A stretch of DNA of 62,999 nucleotides, filler included, from Salisapilia sapeloensis CBS 127946 (lineage: Eukaryota > Protista > Oomycota), in assembly GCA_023334545.1 (NCBI GenBank). It is 22 parts of 22 records of this genome, joined end to end, with 100 filler letters (N's around TTAATTAATTAA, not from the genome) between each part and the next. Parts side by side here need not be neighbours in the genome. Positions count along the whole stretch, not along the records: positions 35,800 to 37,717 come from JAADVB010001008.1; positions 37,818 to 41,319 come from JAADVB010000746.1; positions 41,420 to 47,114 come from JAADVB010000597.1; positions 47,215 to 48,314 come from JAADVB010001309.1; positions 48,415 to 49,759 come from JAADVB010001185.1; 17 more parts are not named here. One strand, 5' to 3'. A program made the position numbers and the translations under genes. A model generated the notes under the pieces. The model was not told the DNA's origin. It made no database searches and saw only the letters and a program-made list of their open reading frames with translations. The number at the start of each line of letters is the position of its first letter. The first letter of the stretch is position 1. Of this stretch, positions 35,800 to 48,512 are shown one piece after another.

Positions 35800-37717
35800 G
35801 ACGTAAGGCCCATGTAATATCTCTGTAGCTTGCTGCTGCTAACAGATCTTGTTCGTTCCATCTGGAACTCCTTCCAGTTGCTTCCAGTTGATTAATGACT
35901 CGCTGCCAGATTACCAGTATAGCTGGTCGGCCTTTCCAGTCCGTAGTTCCAAAAACTCGATCATTCCTTTGTCGCCATCCTTGCGCTGCGATTATTGTAC
36001 ATCCCGCTTTCCATACATGTGCCATAGCGTGATAGTGCTTCTGCGTTGTCATTCCTGCATATTCTCGTACCTTTTGAACCAAGTTCTTGGGTGGAGGAGG
36101 CACTTGTCTTTGCCATACATAGTAATGCAACTGCTCTTCAGACAGAATGTTGGCCTCTGTCAACCCCACATTTCACACCAGTGCTTCCAGACTCGTCTGA
36201 TGACTTTGCATTCCCACAATAGATGCTGCGTGGACTCTTTCAAGTCCCGGCATATATCATATTGGCATTTTCGTGGTGACCCCTCATTTGCATGGTGAAG
36301 GTTGAGCTAGTGATTCGTCAACCTGAACCAAAACCACTGTTGATAAGGAGTTATACCAATCGGCATACTCCATAGCTCCTTGGGTTCTTGGACCAATAAA
36401 TGACGTAGCATTGGTCTTGTTTTCTCCAGTTCCGTCAGTCTTTTCCGTAGCGCCTCTTGCGCTTTGTTCTGCCTCTGGTTGAGATAGGCACTTAGTTCCT
36501 GTCGGTACGTTTCCCTCGATCTAGTCTTACGTCTCTGGAGGGCCGGAAGTCCTAGAACACTCTGAAGACCCGACTCTTCCGTTACATCATAAACTAGAGA
36601 CTTTGCGTCTGTTTCTAGTATCCATTTGCCTCGGCCTGGATCCCAACTCAACTTGATGGCATCCTGATCTGCTGTGTGTCCCTGCTTGGTCCTTATGAGC
36701 TGATCTTGCTGCTGTTGCTGCCAAAGCATATCGTCCCAGTGTCGGGGTGGGTGCTGCCATAACTCCCCTGTGGTCCATCTTTTGGGCTCTCCACTTTGTA
36801 TCTGATGAAGCTGAGCCGGCATCTGATGTACCAACATCGCCACCCATCGTCCAAGCCGTAATTGACTGATCTTCCGAGGCGGGTCATAATGTGGGATTTG
36901 CACTTCATATTGGGACCGGTTTATCTTGCGAATACACAGATCTCCCAGCGTGCAGGATCTCAAATCGGTATAGAATTTCTTCTTGATCATATTACCATTC
37001 GAATGATAAATCACAGGGTTATCATTCCACAGGAGTCGATGCCAGTTCCGCGCGAAAACCATCGACGTTCGTTGCGGTGTCCAATGCTCTCTCCATTGAA
37101 TCTTCATCGCTGTTCCTGAGTACGCCAAGACATCATATTCTTGCAGTTTACATTTACCACGGTCTGGGTCTGAAATCCAGTCGTCCTGCTCCTTCAACAT
37201 ATATAAGGAGAAGTGTTCAGTCAAAGTCTTGCCCATTTCATGAATCGTCGACGTCCTTGTGACCCCAGTGTGGCGGCGCACAGGCGCTTGTTTCGATGCA
37301 AATACCAATTCACCGGGCGACTTGGCAACTTGCAGACCACACAGATCCCTCCAACATCTCGAGTATACATCGTCCGCTGATACCGCCCAACGCATTGCCT
37401 CTCTAGCCGCTTGAGTCTGGATGGCTGTTTCAATCTGACGAAGGCCTGCACCTCCTTTCCATCGTGGAGTGTACAATAATGCCAACGGTAACCTGTGGCG
37501 TCCCGCTACCGACTCTGGTCTCAGATTCCACAGAAAATTTTTCTGCATATTCGCTAATAGTTTCATGTGATCCTCAGTCGGACGAACCCACTTTGCTGTC
37601 TATAAGATGCTCGGAAGAAAAATACTATTGAGAATAGCAATTCTGCCTGGCATACTATTGGTTACACGCGCCGCGCTCCAAAGTCGTCTTCTTGCTTGTT
37701 CAATCCGAATAGACCAA
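35800..37717 (-). mobile_element. Degenerate non-LTR (LINE, L1/Tx1-like) retrotransposon ORF2, region C-terminal to the RT
   Basis: GRIAILNSIFLPSIL, MQKNFLW...TPRWKGGAGL, and a zf-RVT-like remnant WFWFRLTNH*...KC...ESTQHLLWEC...VW with stops and frameshifts. Confidence 0.78.
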
Positions 37718-37818
37718 NNNNNNNNNNNNNNNNNNNNNNNNNNNNNNNNNNNNNNNNNNNNTTAATTAATTAANNNNNNNNNNNNNNNNNNNNNNNNNNN
37801 NNNNNNNNNNNNNNNNNC

Positions 37819-39147
37819 CAGCCTCTTCCTGGCATCGAAGTCGGCGACATTGGTCCCAAGGTCGGCTTCAACCCGATCGACAATGGCTACTGCTCCTTTG
37901 ACCACGTCCGTATCCCTCGCGACCAGATGATGATGCGATACGCCAAGGTCCTTCCGGATGGTACGTTCGTCAAGCCTAAGAGCTCCAAGCTCGTGTACCT
38001 GACGATGGTCGCCGTGCGATCCGGCCTCATCTCCGGTTTCGCACGCTCCATGTCGATGGCCACGACCATCACCACTCGCTTCAGTGCTGCTCGTATCCAA
38101 GGACGTAAGCCGAATGGTGAAAAGGGAGAGTTCCAGGTCCTCGACTACCAGAACCAGCAGTTCGCCCTCTTCCCACTCATCGGTCTCTCATACGCCGCAC
38201 TCTTCGCTGGCGACAGTTTGCAGACGATGCACGATAACGCTCTCGAAGTCATCACGAGTGGCAAGGGTGAGTTCGAAGGCATGCTCGCCGAGCTCCATGC
38301 CGTCTCGTCTGGTCTCAAGGCCTGGACGGCCATGACCGTGAGCAACGGCGTCGAGTCCTGCCGTCGCATGTGCGGTGGCCATGGCTACCTCCAGTCCAGC
38401 GGCCTGCCGCATATCTTTAACGAAGGCGTAGGAGCCAACACGTTCGAAGGTACGTTCGATGTCCTGGTGCAGCAGCACGCACGATACCTCATCAAGGTCC
38501 TATCCAAGAAGGAGTTTGACACTCAGAGCGGCACTGTACGCTTCCTGGCGGACGCTGACAAGCACAGCAAGCTCAACATGCGCTTCCCAGCTCAAAAGGC
38601 TGAGGACTTCACCGACCTCCAGCGTCTCGTGGAAGCGTTTGAAGTTGCGGCGTCGCGCAGTGTCGTCCACTTGGCACAGCAAGTGAAGGCTGCGAATGGA
38701 GATATGCAGTCGTGCATGGTGCTCATGACCGTCGCGTCGATCGCCCACACGCAGTTACTGCTGCTCAAGTCGTTTGTTGAAGGCCTGCGAAAGGTACCGC
38801 GAGGTCCGACGCGTGACGCAGTGGCGAGTCTAGCCAACCTCTTTGGTCTGTGGATGATGACACAACGCATGGACGAGTTCCGAGCTCACGACTACATTTC
38901 GACGGCACAGGCCGAGATGGCACGTGCGCAGCTCATGAAGCTCTTACCTGTTGTGCGTAAGAACGTCGTCTTGCTCACGGATGCGTGGGACTATGATGAC
39001 TTTGAATTGAACTCTGCGCTTGGTAACTACGACGGAGACATCTACAATGCTCTCGTGAAACGTGCTGCGGATGAACCACTGAACAAGACGCAAGTGGTGG
39101 AAGGCTATGAAAACTACCTCAAGCCATTGATCCAGTCGAACATGTAA
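37819..39147 (+). CDS. Peroxisomal acyl-CoA oxidase, 5'-truncated
   Basis: GIEVGDIGPKVGFNPIDNG, VLDYQNQQ, CRRMCGGHGY, TFEG and LNSALGNYDG. C-terminal SNM is PTS1-like. Confidence 0.92.
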   Translation, partial: QPLPGIEVGDIGPKVGFNPIDNGYCSFDHVRIPRDQMMMRYAKVLPDGTFVKPKSSKLVYLTMVAVRSGLISGFARSMSMATTITTRFSAARIQGRKPNGEKGEFQVLDYQNQQFALFPLIGLSYAALFAGDSLQTMHDNALEVITSGKGEFEGMLAELHAVSSGLKAWTAMTVSNGVESCRRMCGGHGYLQSSGLPHIFNEGVGANTFEGTFDVLVQQHARYLIKVLSKKEFDTQSGTVRFLADADKHSKLNMRFPAQKAEDFTDLQRLVEAFEVAASRSVVHLAQQVKAANGDMQSCMVLMTVASIAHTQLLLLKSFVEGLRKVPRGPTRDAVASLANLFGLWMMTQRMDEFRAHDYISTAQAEMARAQLMKLLPVVRKNVVLLTDAWDYDDFELNSALGNYDGDIYNALVKRAADEPLNKTQVVEGYENYLKPLIQSNM

Positions 39148-39531
39148 CTGAAGCAAAAGAGAACTGTCGTTAATGCACTTTATTCCACTTGTAGTCAATG
39201 TAGGCAAATGAAATATAGGAAGACCATTGACTTTAAAGAAGGCCCCTCGTCAAAACTTCCATCAGAGATTGCAGCTTGCAAGTTACCAGAAATAGTAACA
39301 TGACAGATAAGAGTCACGAAATCTTCAATCGGAGATAAATGTCTCACATGCAGTCTCCCCAATACGTCAACAGTATTGAGCGATGCATAAACGCCACTAG
39401 TGGTAGATTCGACTAACCTGATACTTGGCAGCTTTTCCCATGTATTCTGATTTTACATGGGCACTTGTGTATGATTGTCCGACTGCAACAATATATGGCT
39501 GCTGCGATTCACTTTTAAATTGGTTCGCTAG

Positions 39532-41319
39532 ATGATAAGACCCACCATGGTCACTTCTTTCATTCTGGTAGCATGTCTTCTGACAATCAGTCTCCTAGGC
39601 ATTGATGCATTGGACAACAATTCCATAGCCACCAAGACACTGCTCATGCAGCCGGAATGTCACGGGAATTGCAAGGGTTATGACGCTTGCGTTATCTACG
39701 ACATCGACGACGATAATCCGTGTGATGGTGCTGATGACTCGAAAGACAGTGACTTCAGTTCACAAAAATCGAGTAAATGCCAGAAGACAGATAAAGACTC
39801 GGACTACCAGTATCAATGCTTGAAGCTCTTGTCGGATTCGGCTGAGGATTTCAGTGTCGTCGTCACTACTGATATTTCCTGCGATAAACTATCAGAAGAC
39901 ATCCCTCAGCTCGAAAGCAAGTTTCTATATGCCGTCGATCTCCGTTTAAACGATTCCGCCAAGGATTTGTAAATGAGGTATTATCTTGCACGATATTGGC
40001 ATCTAGACGGTGATAGGCAAATATGCGGGTACTATTGCTATTAGAAGGGAAAAGATAAAGCGGTCAGCCTCAAAGTGTCGAACGAAACACTTTCCTACCC
40101 GGAGTGGGTCGATACGGTCAGGTTTAGTAATATCGACTTTTCAAAAGACATGCCAGCGTTTTTCGACTTGAACGCTTCGTTAAGCGTGATCGAGATGGAA
40201 AACTGCCAAATTTGTCAAGTTCCGGATGTATCGCAATTGAAGTATCTGAAAAGACTGTAAGTGCATCCTCATATATTCACCCTGATCTCGTTCTGTTTCT
40301 CATCCAACGAGCTGTTAATAGGAGATTAGGTAGAAATTATATTAAAAAAGTATCCTGCCGATATGGTGCTGAACAGCCTTACGAACCTGTACGTATTCGC
40401 TTATCCGATCTCAACGTTCAGCTAATCGATAACGTTGATCTCCCGACAGTGATTTACAGGACAATGACTTAGAACCTCTCGAAGGCGGATTTACCAATAT
40501 GGAGTACCTGTGCATTATTTCCCATCGAATGCATTGACAACACGCTAATCTTCTATTTGCAGAACTCTGAGCAACAATTCCTTGAAAAAGATACCCGATA
40601 CCATCGCCGACATGCCCATTCTTGAGAATTTGTATGCTACCTTACTTTGTAAACTACTGTAAGAAAGCCATAACATGGAGTTGTGAGTAGGAAACTCGAT
40701 GACAACACCTTCACTCACCGAACGGTATCTCCCGAGATCTATAATGTATTAAACAATACACTTATGGGAAGAACGAGAAAGTATCAAATGAACACACCAG
40801 ATTGTCCTGATGGAGACTTTCACAACGTCAGCACGACCACTCTACAAGTTTGTGTCAGTCAGAAAGCTATTGTAAGTCAAAATAGTGACAACGACAGAGC
40901 TTCATCATCTTTCCCAACGAATGAAGTTGATGGAGAGGAAGATTCTTTTTCATCCACCGTCATCTATTTCGTCGTCCCAACTGTCGTCGTGGTTATTATC
41001 GCTGCGATTCTACTCTTTTTTAGCTCAAGCGACGAAAGCGAGACAAATCGCTGAATACGTGCTCTTCGAGCTATACAAACGCCAGATCTCTGACATCAGC
41101 AACGAAGGCAACAGACAAGGTGGAAGGCGACAACTCGATATGGAATGACCAGCAGTTGATCAACATCCAGATTAATGACCACGACATTCGCGATATCCAA
41201 CAGATTGGCGGAGGCGCGTTCGGCGTCGTATACTTAGTCGAGTACCTTGGCGAGTTTTACGCTTCCAAGCGGATGCGTGAAGAAAAGAAAAATGCAGACG
41301 AGATCCAAAACTTTATCGA
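39532..41319 (+). CDS. Receptor-like TKL kinase (signal peptide, Cys-rich/LRR ectodomain, TM, kinase start); multi-exon, frameshifted after the TM, 3'-truncated
   Basis: Signal peptide, LRR-like exons (IEMENCQICQVPDVSQLKYL; LSNNSLKKIPDTI), TM IYFVVPTVVVVIIAAILLFF, and IGGGAFGVVYLV...ASKRM. Confidence 0.72.
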
Positions 41320-41419
41320 NNNNNNNNNNNNNNNNNNNNNNNNNNNNNNNNNNNNNNNNNNNNTTAATTAATTAANNNNNNNNNNNNNNNNNNNNNNNNN
41401 NNNNNNNNNNNNNNNNNNN

Positions 41420-41560
41420 AATCCCGTAGTATCGGCAGGTGCATCACCGCATGCAACAAGTCCTGGAAAGCCTCACACCTCTGCTCCAGGTGCGCTCGGT
41501 CATGTCGCTTCCAGAACGACATCAGACCTGCAGGCGGCAGAGGTGGCAGTTCGAAGGATG
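41420..41560 (-). repeat. Left arm of a perfect 141-bp inverted repeat inside the PX coding sequence (partner 46974..47114)
   Basis: Exact reverse complement; first mismatch at 41561/46973 (EIASF vs EITSF). Confidence 0.97.
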
Positions 41561-42314
41561 CAATCTCGGTTTCCAGCAAGCTATCCGGAGAGCTCGGATC
41601 GGATACACTCTCTCCCGAATCTCGACTTGCACTAGGAACGGAATACCGGCCGGTCGATTTGCTTCCAGCGGCTGGTCTGGATTGAAGCTCCTTTGCTTTT
41701 GATTTAGCCTCATGAAGGCTTTCGTAGTACGCTTTCCGCGTCTCTAATACATCACGTAGTTGTTCATGCAGCACTTTAAAGTCCGTATAGCTCCGACGGA
41801 TTGTGTATGTTTCCAGTTGACTTTCGCTCCCGACGACATCGATATGATACATGACGCGCTTTTCAATGTCGTTGTCGATCGAGTATTGATTCACGACTAA
41901 ATCCGTGAACGGACCAGAGTAATCTAGTGTAGATCGTCGACCACGAGCACTGCTGAGGCGGCTCGATCGACTGCTTAGGGAAGGAGATTTCAGGTTGAAG
42001 GTTTCCATATAATCTCGGTCCGAGATGTCCCAGACGTCACTGTCTCTCGGATCGCTATCACTATCTGGGTCCACGGATGCGGTCGTTGCGACCGAAACCG
42101 CAGCGCTTTGGATACGCGTCCGGGTCTTTGGGTAATTTTGGCGGTCCTGGAGCCCATTCGAGCTTTCATGGAGAGAAGTAAGTGAACTTCCGAAAGAAAC
42201 GGAGCGGTGGGGTCGTAAGGGACTCGATCCCTTTGACAAGGGGGCGCTACGAGGGCGACCGCCTTCCGAGCGGATTCGAGAGAGCTGCTCTGGAATATGT
42301 AGAGATGGATCCAT
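41420..42314 (-). CDS. PX-domain protein (paralogue 1), 3'-truncated
   Basis: VMYHIDVV...YTIRRSYTDFKVLHEQL...ELPPLPP...LEQRCEAFQDLLHAV. Confidence 0.85.
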
Positions 42315-42771
42315 CGTATACCCGTGAGGTCGTCTAATTTAAAATGAAAGCTCCCTTGGAGACTCGGAGCTTGCTCTCAAGCAGAGGTTTTGCAAAGTGA
42401 GGACTATTATCTTGCTGGATTATGCGCAGTTACGGGCGTGTCTATCGCTTCGACTGGACACCTGCCGATCCATCAATTCTGATCCGTACATTAGGCAGCT
42501 GTCGGTACCTATGGTTCCTTGCCTCCGATACTACTGGGTTTTACTACAGCGACGCATTCAGCGAGACGCGGGTTCCTGCAGGATAGCAAGCTGTATCGGG
42601 GAAGGTGGTGAGGCACCACAAGTAGAAATTCGCATACTTGGCAGTTTCGTTCATAGACCTGGCAAGCATCACCTGCTCTATAAATAGACCCATATGATGA
42701 GTGTGGTATAAAACTACTCTACTCGGTGCCTTTTTACCTGCATGCACTAGCTCCGATCAAAAGGTGTAAAC

Positions 42772-44995
42772 ATGGGAGGTGGTGTATCGAAACACGAGTA
42801 TGAAAGAGTCAGAAAGGAGTTGCTGATGAAGGATCAGGTCATTCGAGCGCTGCAGGAAAAGCTTGGCGACGACAATGACAAAGTAGACGACGTATCACCC
42901 CCGGACAAGATCGTGCGATCACCGTCGGCTACAAAGAAAGCGTCAATGGAGAAGACGAAAGCGAATAAAGGAGTCTTTGCTACCGTATCCGCGTTCTTAA
43001 CAAACGAAAAGGACGATCATGAAGCAGATCAAGATACTTCAGATCAGCAGTATAATAAACGCCGTGTGGAGGTCAGTGCAGAAGTCATCTCCAGCAATAA
43101 CGTCTTGCTTTCAAAACAGCATCCTGTCTATCCAAAGAGCAGCGAAACCAAGGAATTGATCCTAAGTGTCCTCCAGTCCAACATTTTATTTACAGGTCTC
43201 TCCAAATTGGAAGTTGATGACTGTCTCGATGCATTCTTCTGTAGAAATGTCGAGGTATCCACGACTGTGATCCAACAAGGTGACCAAGGTGACAACTTCT
43301 ACGTCGTTGAATCAGGTCAGCTAGAGATTCTAGTCGCGGTGAATGGATCTCAACCCGTTCGCTATGGTTTTATGGGTCGAGGCATCGGCTTTGGAGAACT
43401 AGCTCTTCTCTATAACATGCCTCGAGCAGCAACGATCCGAGCCGTAGAAGATGTTAAGCTATGGGCGATTGAACGCCAGACTTTTAAAGAAATATTAGCG
43501 ACGCATAAATTGAAAAGACTGCAGAAGACGATGCAAGTACTAAAGCAAGTTCCGATTCTGCATAAATTGACCGAGCCAGAGCTACGTCAAGTAGCTTCTG
43601 CCATGGAGTGGGAGGAATATGAACCAAATACAAAGATCATTCAACAAGGAGAAGTAGGAGAACAGTTCTATATCATTAATCACGGCGATATCATGGTCAC
43701 TCAGAAAGGGGAAGACACAGGCGAAGAGCTTGAAATCCGGGCGTTGAAAGATGGCGATCATTTCGGCGAAATGGCTCTGTTTAAAGAAGAAGTGAGGTCA
43801 GCGACATGCACAGCCACATCACACGTGCAATGTCTGACTCTCGGTCGTGAGCATTTTATTGCCATGTTGGGCACGTTACAAGAGCTAATGGATAGAGAAC
43901 CAAACAAATTAGAGAAATCTGTACAAGGTAAATACAGTCCGAGAAGGCAATCGCAGGAATATCAAGCCGAAAGGAGTGCGATTGAAAGTCACAAGTACTA
44001 TGTTACACTACGCAAAGAAGAGTTGGAGATTTTACATACATTAGGTCGAGGTGCCTTTGGTCGCGTGAAATTAGTACGCCATGCAGAATCGAATACTGCA
44101 TACGCTTTGAAATGCTTAGTAAAGCATCGTATCGTGGAAAACAATCTTAAGGAGCACGTTTCGAATGAAAAGCGCGTGATGATGGCACTAGACCATCCCT
44201 TCGTACTCCGACTGTATAATACGTATCAAGACTCCAAGTACATTTACTTTCTCCTAGAAATTGCGCTCGGAGGGGAGCTCTTTACGTATTTAAGAAAACG
44301 CCGTCAATTTGATGAAGCTACTGCTCGATTCTTCGTTGCGAGCGTCATCCTCGTCTTTCAACACATGCACAGTAAACACATAGTCTATCGGGACTTAAAG
44401 CCTGAGAACATACTTATCGATCGAGACGGGTACATGAAACTCGCCGACTTTGGCTTGGCAAAAGTTGTGACAGACCGTACATGGACCTTGTGCGGCACGC
44501 CAGACTACTTGGCGCCTGAAATTATTCTAAACAAAGGACATGACAAAGCTGCAGACTACTGGGCTCTAGGTATTCTTATATTTGAGATCATCGCTGGACG
44601 CGCGCCGTTCTTTGCTCATGAGCCGATGCAAATTTATGCGCTTATCATCCAAGGGAATATCAAGTTTCCATCTCACTTTAGGTACTCACTAGAAAAGCAT
44701 GTAGTATAACATAACGCTAATGACTTGTATGTGTAGTCGACCGTGCATCGACCTCGTGCACCGATTGCTGAACCAGAATCCAGCTCGACGGCTTGGGAAT
44801 ATGAAACACGGGATTAAAGATATAATCAACCATAAGTGGTTTGTCAACTTCAATTGGGATGCTTTACTTGCAAAGACACTACCACCGCCATTCGTTCCTC
44901 GCGTGCGTGATACATTCGACACGTCGAACTTTGAAGACTTTCGACACGAAAAAGAGGACGAAGGGATTGACTGTGATTGGGACCCAGACTTTTAA
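42772..44995 (+). CDS. PKG-like cyclic-nucleotide-regulated kinase (coiled coil + 2 cNMP-binding domains + AGC kinase); intron 44682..44736
   Basis: MGGGVSK, FGELALLYNMPRAAT, FGEMALFKEEVRSAT, LGRGAFGRVKLV, YRDLKPEN, DFG, TLCGTPDYLAPE, and the AGC tail DTSNFEDF. Confidence 0.92.
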
Positions 44996-46117
44996 GTACT
45001 TGAATAGAACAACTTTTCACATATTTGCCGTACGAATGGTGGGAATTCGTGTTTTCTTTCCCGGTGCATAGTGGCATTGAAGGGACGCTTCAGTGTCGAT
45101 GAGCAAGCACGAGGGGATGATTCAGTTGAAGTATCTGGCGGTTTCCCGGTGGCGTTTTACAACTCGTAGCGATCAGAAGAGAGCCAACTGGATACTACCT
45201 CTGCCTTGCCTGGAATAGGACATGATCTAGTAGGTTGAGATGCCTCTTCTTGCCCTCGATGTCGTCGGAAGATCAACGGGAGGAAGAGAGTGTAAGTGCG
45301 GACGGAATGACCATATTCGAGATTGGTCGAAACCAGAAAGCATTTTTTCGAAGACTCTATATGTGATAGAATCCCGGAACATGGACGCCTCTCCTCTAAA
45401 TCATGTGCTTGGAGGTGACAAAGATGGGAGCTTCCTGTTTCGTTACTTGAAGATCTAGTGGGTCCAAGGAGCGTTACGCTTTGACGTTGGTTTAGGAGCC
45501 CACTTTATGGTCCTGGCGTCAGCTCCCACATGCAGACCATTTGCGTAACGGAAGCCAAGGTGGTGAACGGCCAGCACTCTCGTACTCGAGGTTTAACTAA
45601 AATCCAGCAATGCAACGCTTGGACTTGACCTCGAAGAAGTGTTGATTCAACAAGCGCTAAAGTGAACACGAGGTGTCTTTATCTCTCAACAAGTACGTTT
45701 AACTAGTGTCTGCATTACTAGCCACCCAACCCGTCAGTAGCTGACAAGCATATCCATTTCAGTCTAAGTCCGTTCGCAATCAAGCTTCTGCATCCCACCC
45801 AGCCTAAGTTTCGCATACAATGAATTTGAAGCGCCACGTACCAACCTTCTCAATGTCTCAACTCTACCTTCCATTCAAGGGCACCTTGCCGCTCTCCCCA
45901 TGGATAAACCGACTACAGGCAACTGGACGTGGGAAAAGGCGCCGACATCCTTTCCACCTGCTAAATTTTATATGCAGCTGCCCGAGCCCTTCGAGTGGAA
46001 AAAAGATGATTTCTCCTCACTTTTCAATCTGCTCGCAACCCCTCAAGACCCCTCTCTCTTCCATTCGACAGAGGTGTAACGAATACAGTGATTGCGGATT
46101 TACCCATTTTAAAAGAC

Positions 46118-47114
46118 ATGAATATTGTCCAACAACCAACTCGTGCGCGAGTTTCCCAAGGCATGGACCTCGAAGCCGCCGTCGATAACCTTTCGAACTG
46201 GTGCTTTGACGACGTCCGCCGCCCCATGACCTCTGTCTCTCACACACGCTCCATCTCTCTCGATGGTTTTCTCACTTCACTCACCGAAGGCAAGGTTGTG
46301 CTCGAAGAGCCGGAGCATGAAGACAACCAGCAGTCGGATCTAGAGTCCAATGGACCCGCACTCTGTCTCTCGGACATCCAGTCCGACGACGAAGATGAAG
46401 AGATCTCGATGACTCGACAAAGTGACGGTCTCTTTAAGTATCGCGCGTTCAGCGACGACTCGCGGTGTCGTCGTCGTCGCAAGTCTACGCTCGACTCGTC
46501 TGCGCCATTCACAGATCTGATTCTCACTGGGTACACGATATCGACCGCGGAAAAGCGCGTTATGTACCACATCGATGTCGTCCGAAACGAAAGTCAACTG
46601 GAGACATACACAATCCGTCGGAGCTTTACGGACTTTAAAGTTCTACACGAACAAATGAGTGATGTACTAGAAGAGCGACGAGAATATTATGAAAACCTCA
46701 AGGCAGCAACAAGGAAGCGCGATGAACGGAATCGCGCATTTGCCAACAACGGAGACGAAAACCGATCCAGTCTCGAAACGGCAAGTAGTGCCAGTAATAC
46801 GATATCCACACTTGCCAGCAGCTTCCTCTCGCTCGACCGAGCCGACAATGGAAATTGCCGAATGGACCGATCGTCAGCGTCTTCGTCATCATCTTCGTCG
46901 TGTCCAAGTGCAAGATCACCAGAGAACGCATCTGACCCAAATTCCCCTGATAGCTCGTTGGAAACCGAGATTACATCCTTCGAACTGCCACCTCTGCCGC
47001 CTGCAGGTCTGATGTCGTTCTGGAAGCGACATGACCGAGCGCACCTGGAGCAGAGGTGTGAGGCTTTCCAGGACTTGTTGCATGCGGTGATGCACCTGCC
47101 GATACTACGGGATT
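46118..47114 (+). CDS. PX-domain protein (paralogue 2), 3'-truncated
   Basis: VMYHIDVV...YTIRRSFTDFKVLHEQM...ELPPLPP...; its C-terminal part is identical to paralogue 1. Confidence 0.85.
46974..47114 (+). repeat. Right arm of the 141-bp inverted repeat
   Basis: Reverse complement of 41420..41560. Confidence 0.97.
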
Positions 47115-47214
47115 NNNNNNNNNNNNNNNNNNNNNNNNNNNNNNNNNNNNNNNNNNNNTTAATTAATTAANNNNNNNNNNNNNNNNNNNNNNNNNNNNNN
47201 NNNNNNNNNNNNNN

Positions 47215-48314
47215 ATACGAAGCAGGCTATCGTCTACAGGTTTCTGCAATTCCGACATCATCGACTTGTAGATGGGCGAACCACGGAAGTACTCGGCGTA
47301 GACCGATGCGTCCTTCGGTGGAGTGGAAACCTCGGGCGACAGAGGCGTAATCTCGTACGCTTCCTGTTTCTCCGTCGCCAGATCACACAGGAAATCGGCC
47401 GTGTCACGGTTCGGAGGGCACCGGAGACCGACGCGCTCAAAGTAGTTGAGCACCTGGTCGCAAGGACCGTGGTACAACATCTCGCCGTCGTTCAAGAGCA
47501 GCACGTTGTCGAACAGCTCGAAGACTTCCGGAGGAGGCTGTAGCAAAGAGATAATCACCGTCTTGTTGAAGCGCTGTGCCATGCTGCGGTGCGTGTTGAT
47601 CACATCGTACGTCGCGGCACTGTCCAGACCGGTACTGATCTCGTCCAAGAAGCAGGCGTAGCGGAGACCGAGCTCCATCTCGGCACTCGTCACTCGCTTC
47701 CGTTCGCCTCCAGACACACCTCGCATCTGGGCATCTCCGACGATCGTGTTGTAGCAATTCTGAAGACCGAACTCGTGGGCTACCACTTCCGGAGCATGTT
47801 TCGTGACACCTTCACAAGCTTCGAGCGCAGCCGCGTTCTCTTCTGCCGTTCCGTTCTGGAGGTACTGCTTGGCGTACGGTGTCAAGTGGTCACCGACACA
47901 GCACTCGTGGGCAAACGCCATGGTCTCTGCGACCGTAAGCGTCGGGAAGTGGACATCCGTCTGGTTCACGTAACTGGCAAAGCGAGGCAGTCGGCTCAGC
48001 AACTGCTCTCTGGAGCGACCATTGTACGAGACGTCGCCGGAGAGAGAGATGGTCTTGTCCATTGGGAACTGACCAGCCAGGAGCTTCATGAGCGCCGACT
48101 TGCCAGACTCGGACTGACCTAGCACCAGCGTGACGGTGCCGGGCTTGAAGACACCAGACACATTGTTCAAGATCGTCTTCTCTGCAGAATACTTTCTGCC
48201 GAACAAGCCCGAGAACATCTTGACGGCGTGGTTGGATAGCGTTGGCAATTCATACTGTCCCGAAGTAGCTTTCGCTGGGTCGTGAGCCATTTTGACACTT
48301 GCACTCATGGACAC
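47215..48314 (-). CDS. ABCG/PDR transporter, NBD1 fragment truncated at both ends
   Basis: LGQSESGKS, VSGGERKRVTSAE, LDEISTGLDSA, ISLLQPPPEVFELFD and RDTADFL. Confidence 0.93.
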
Positions 48315-48512
48315 NNNNNNNNNNNNNNNNNNNNNNNNNNNNNNNNNNNNNNNNNNNNTTAATTAATTAANNNNNNNNNNNNNNNNNNNNNNNNNNNNNN
48401 NNNNNNNNNNNNNNCGATTTGCATGATACTCTAGTATTTCTACTTGTTTTTTGGTATTTTGACCCTGGTCACTAGATCCGGACATGAACAATCGGATCGG
48501 AGGAAGAGCAGG

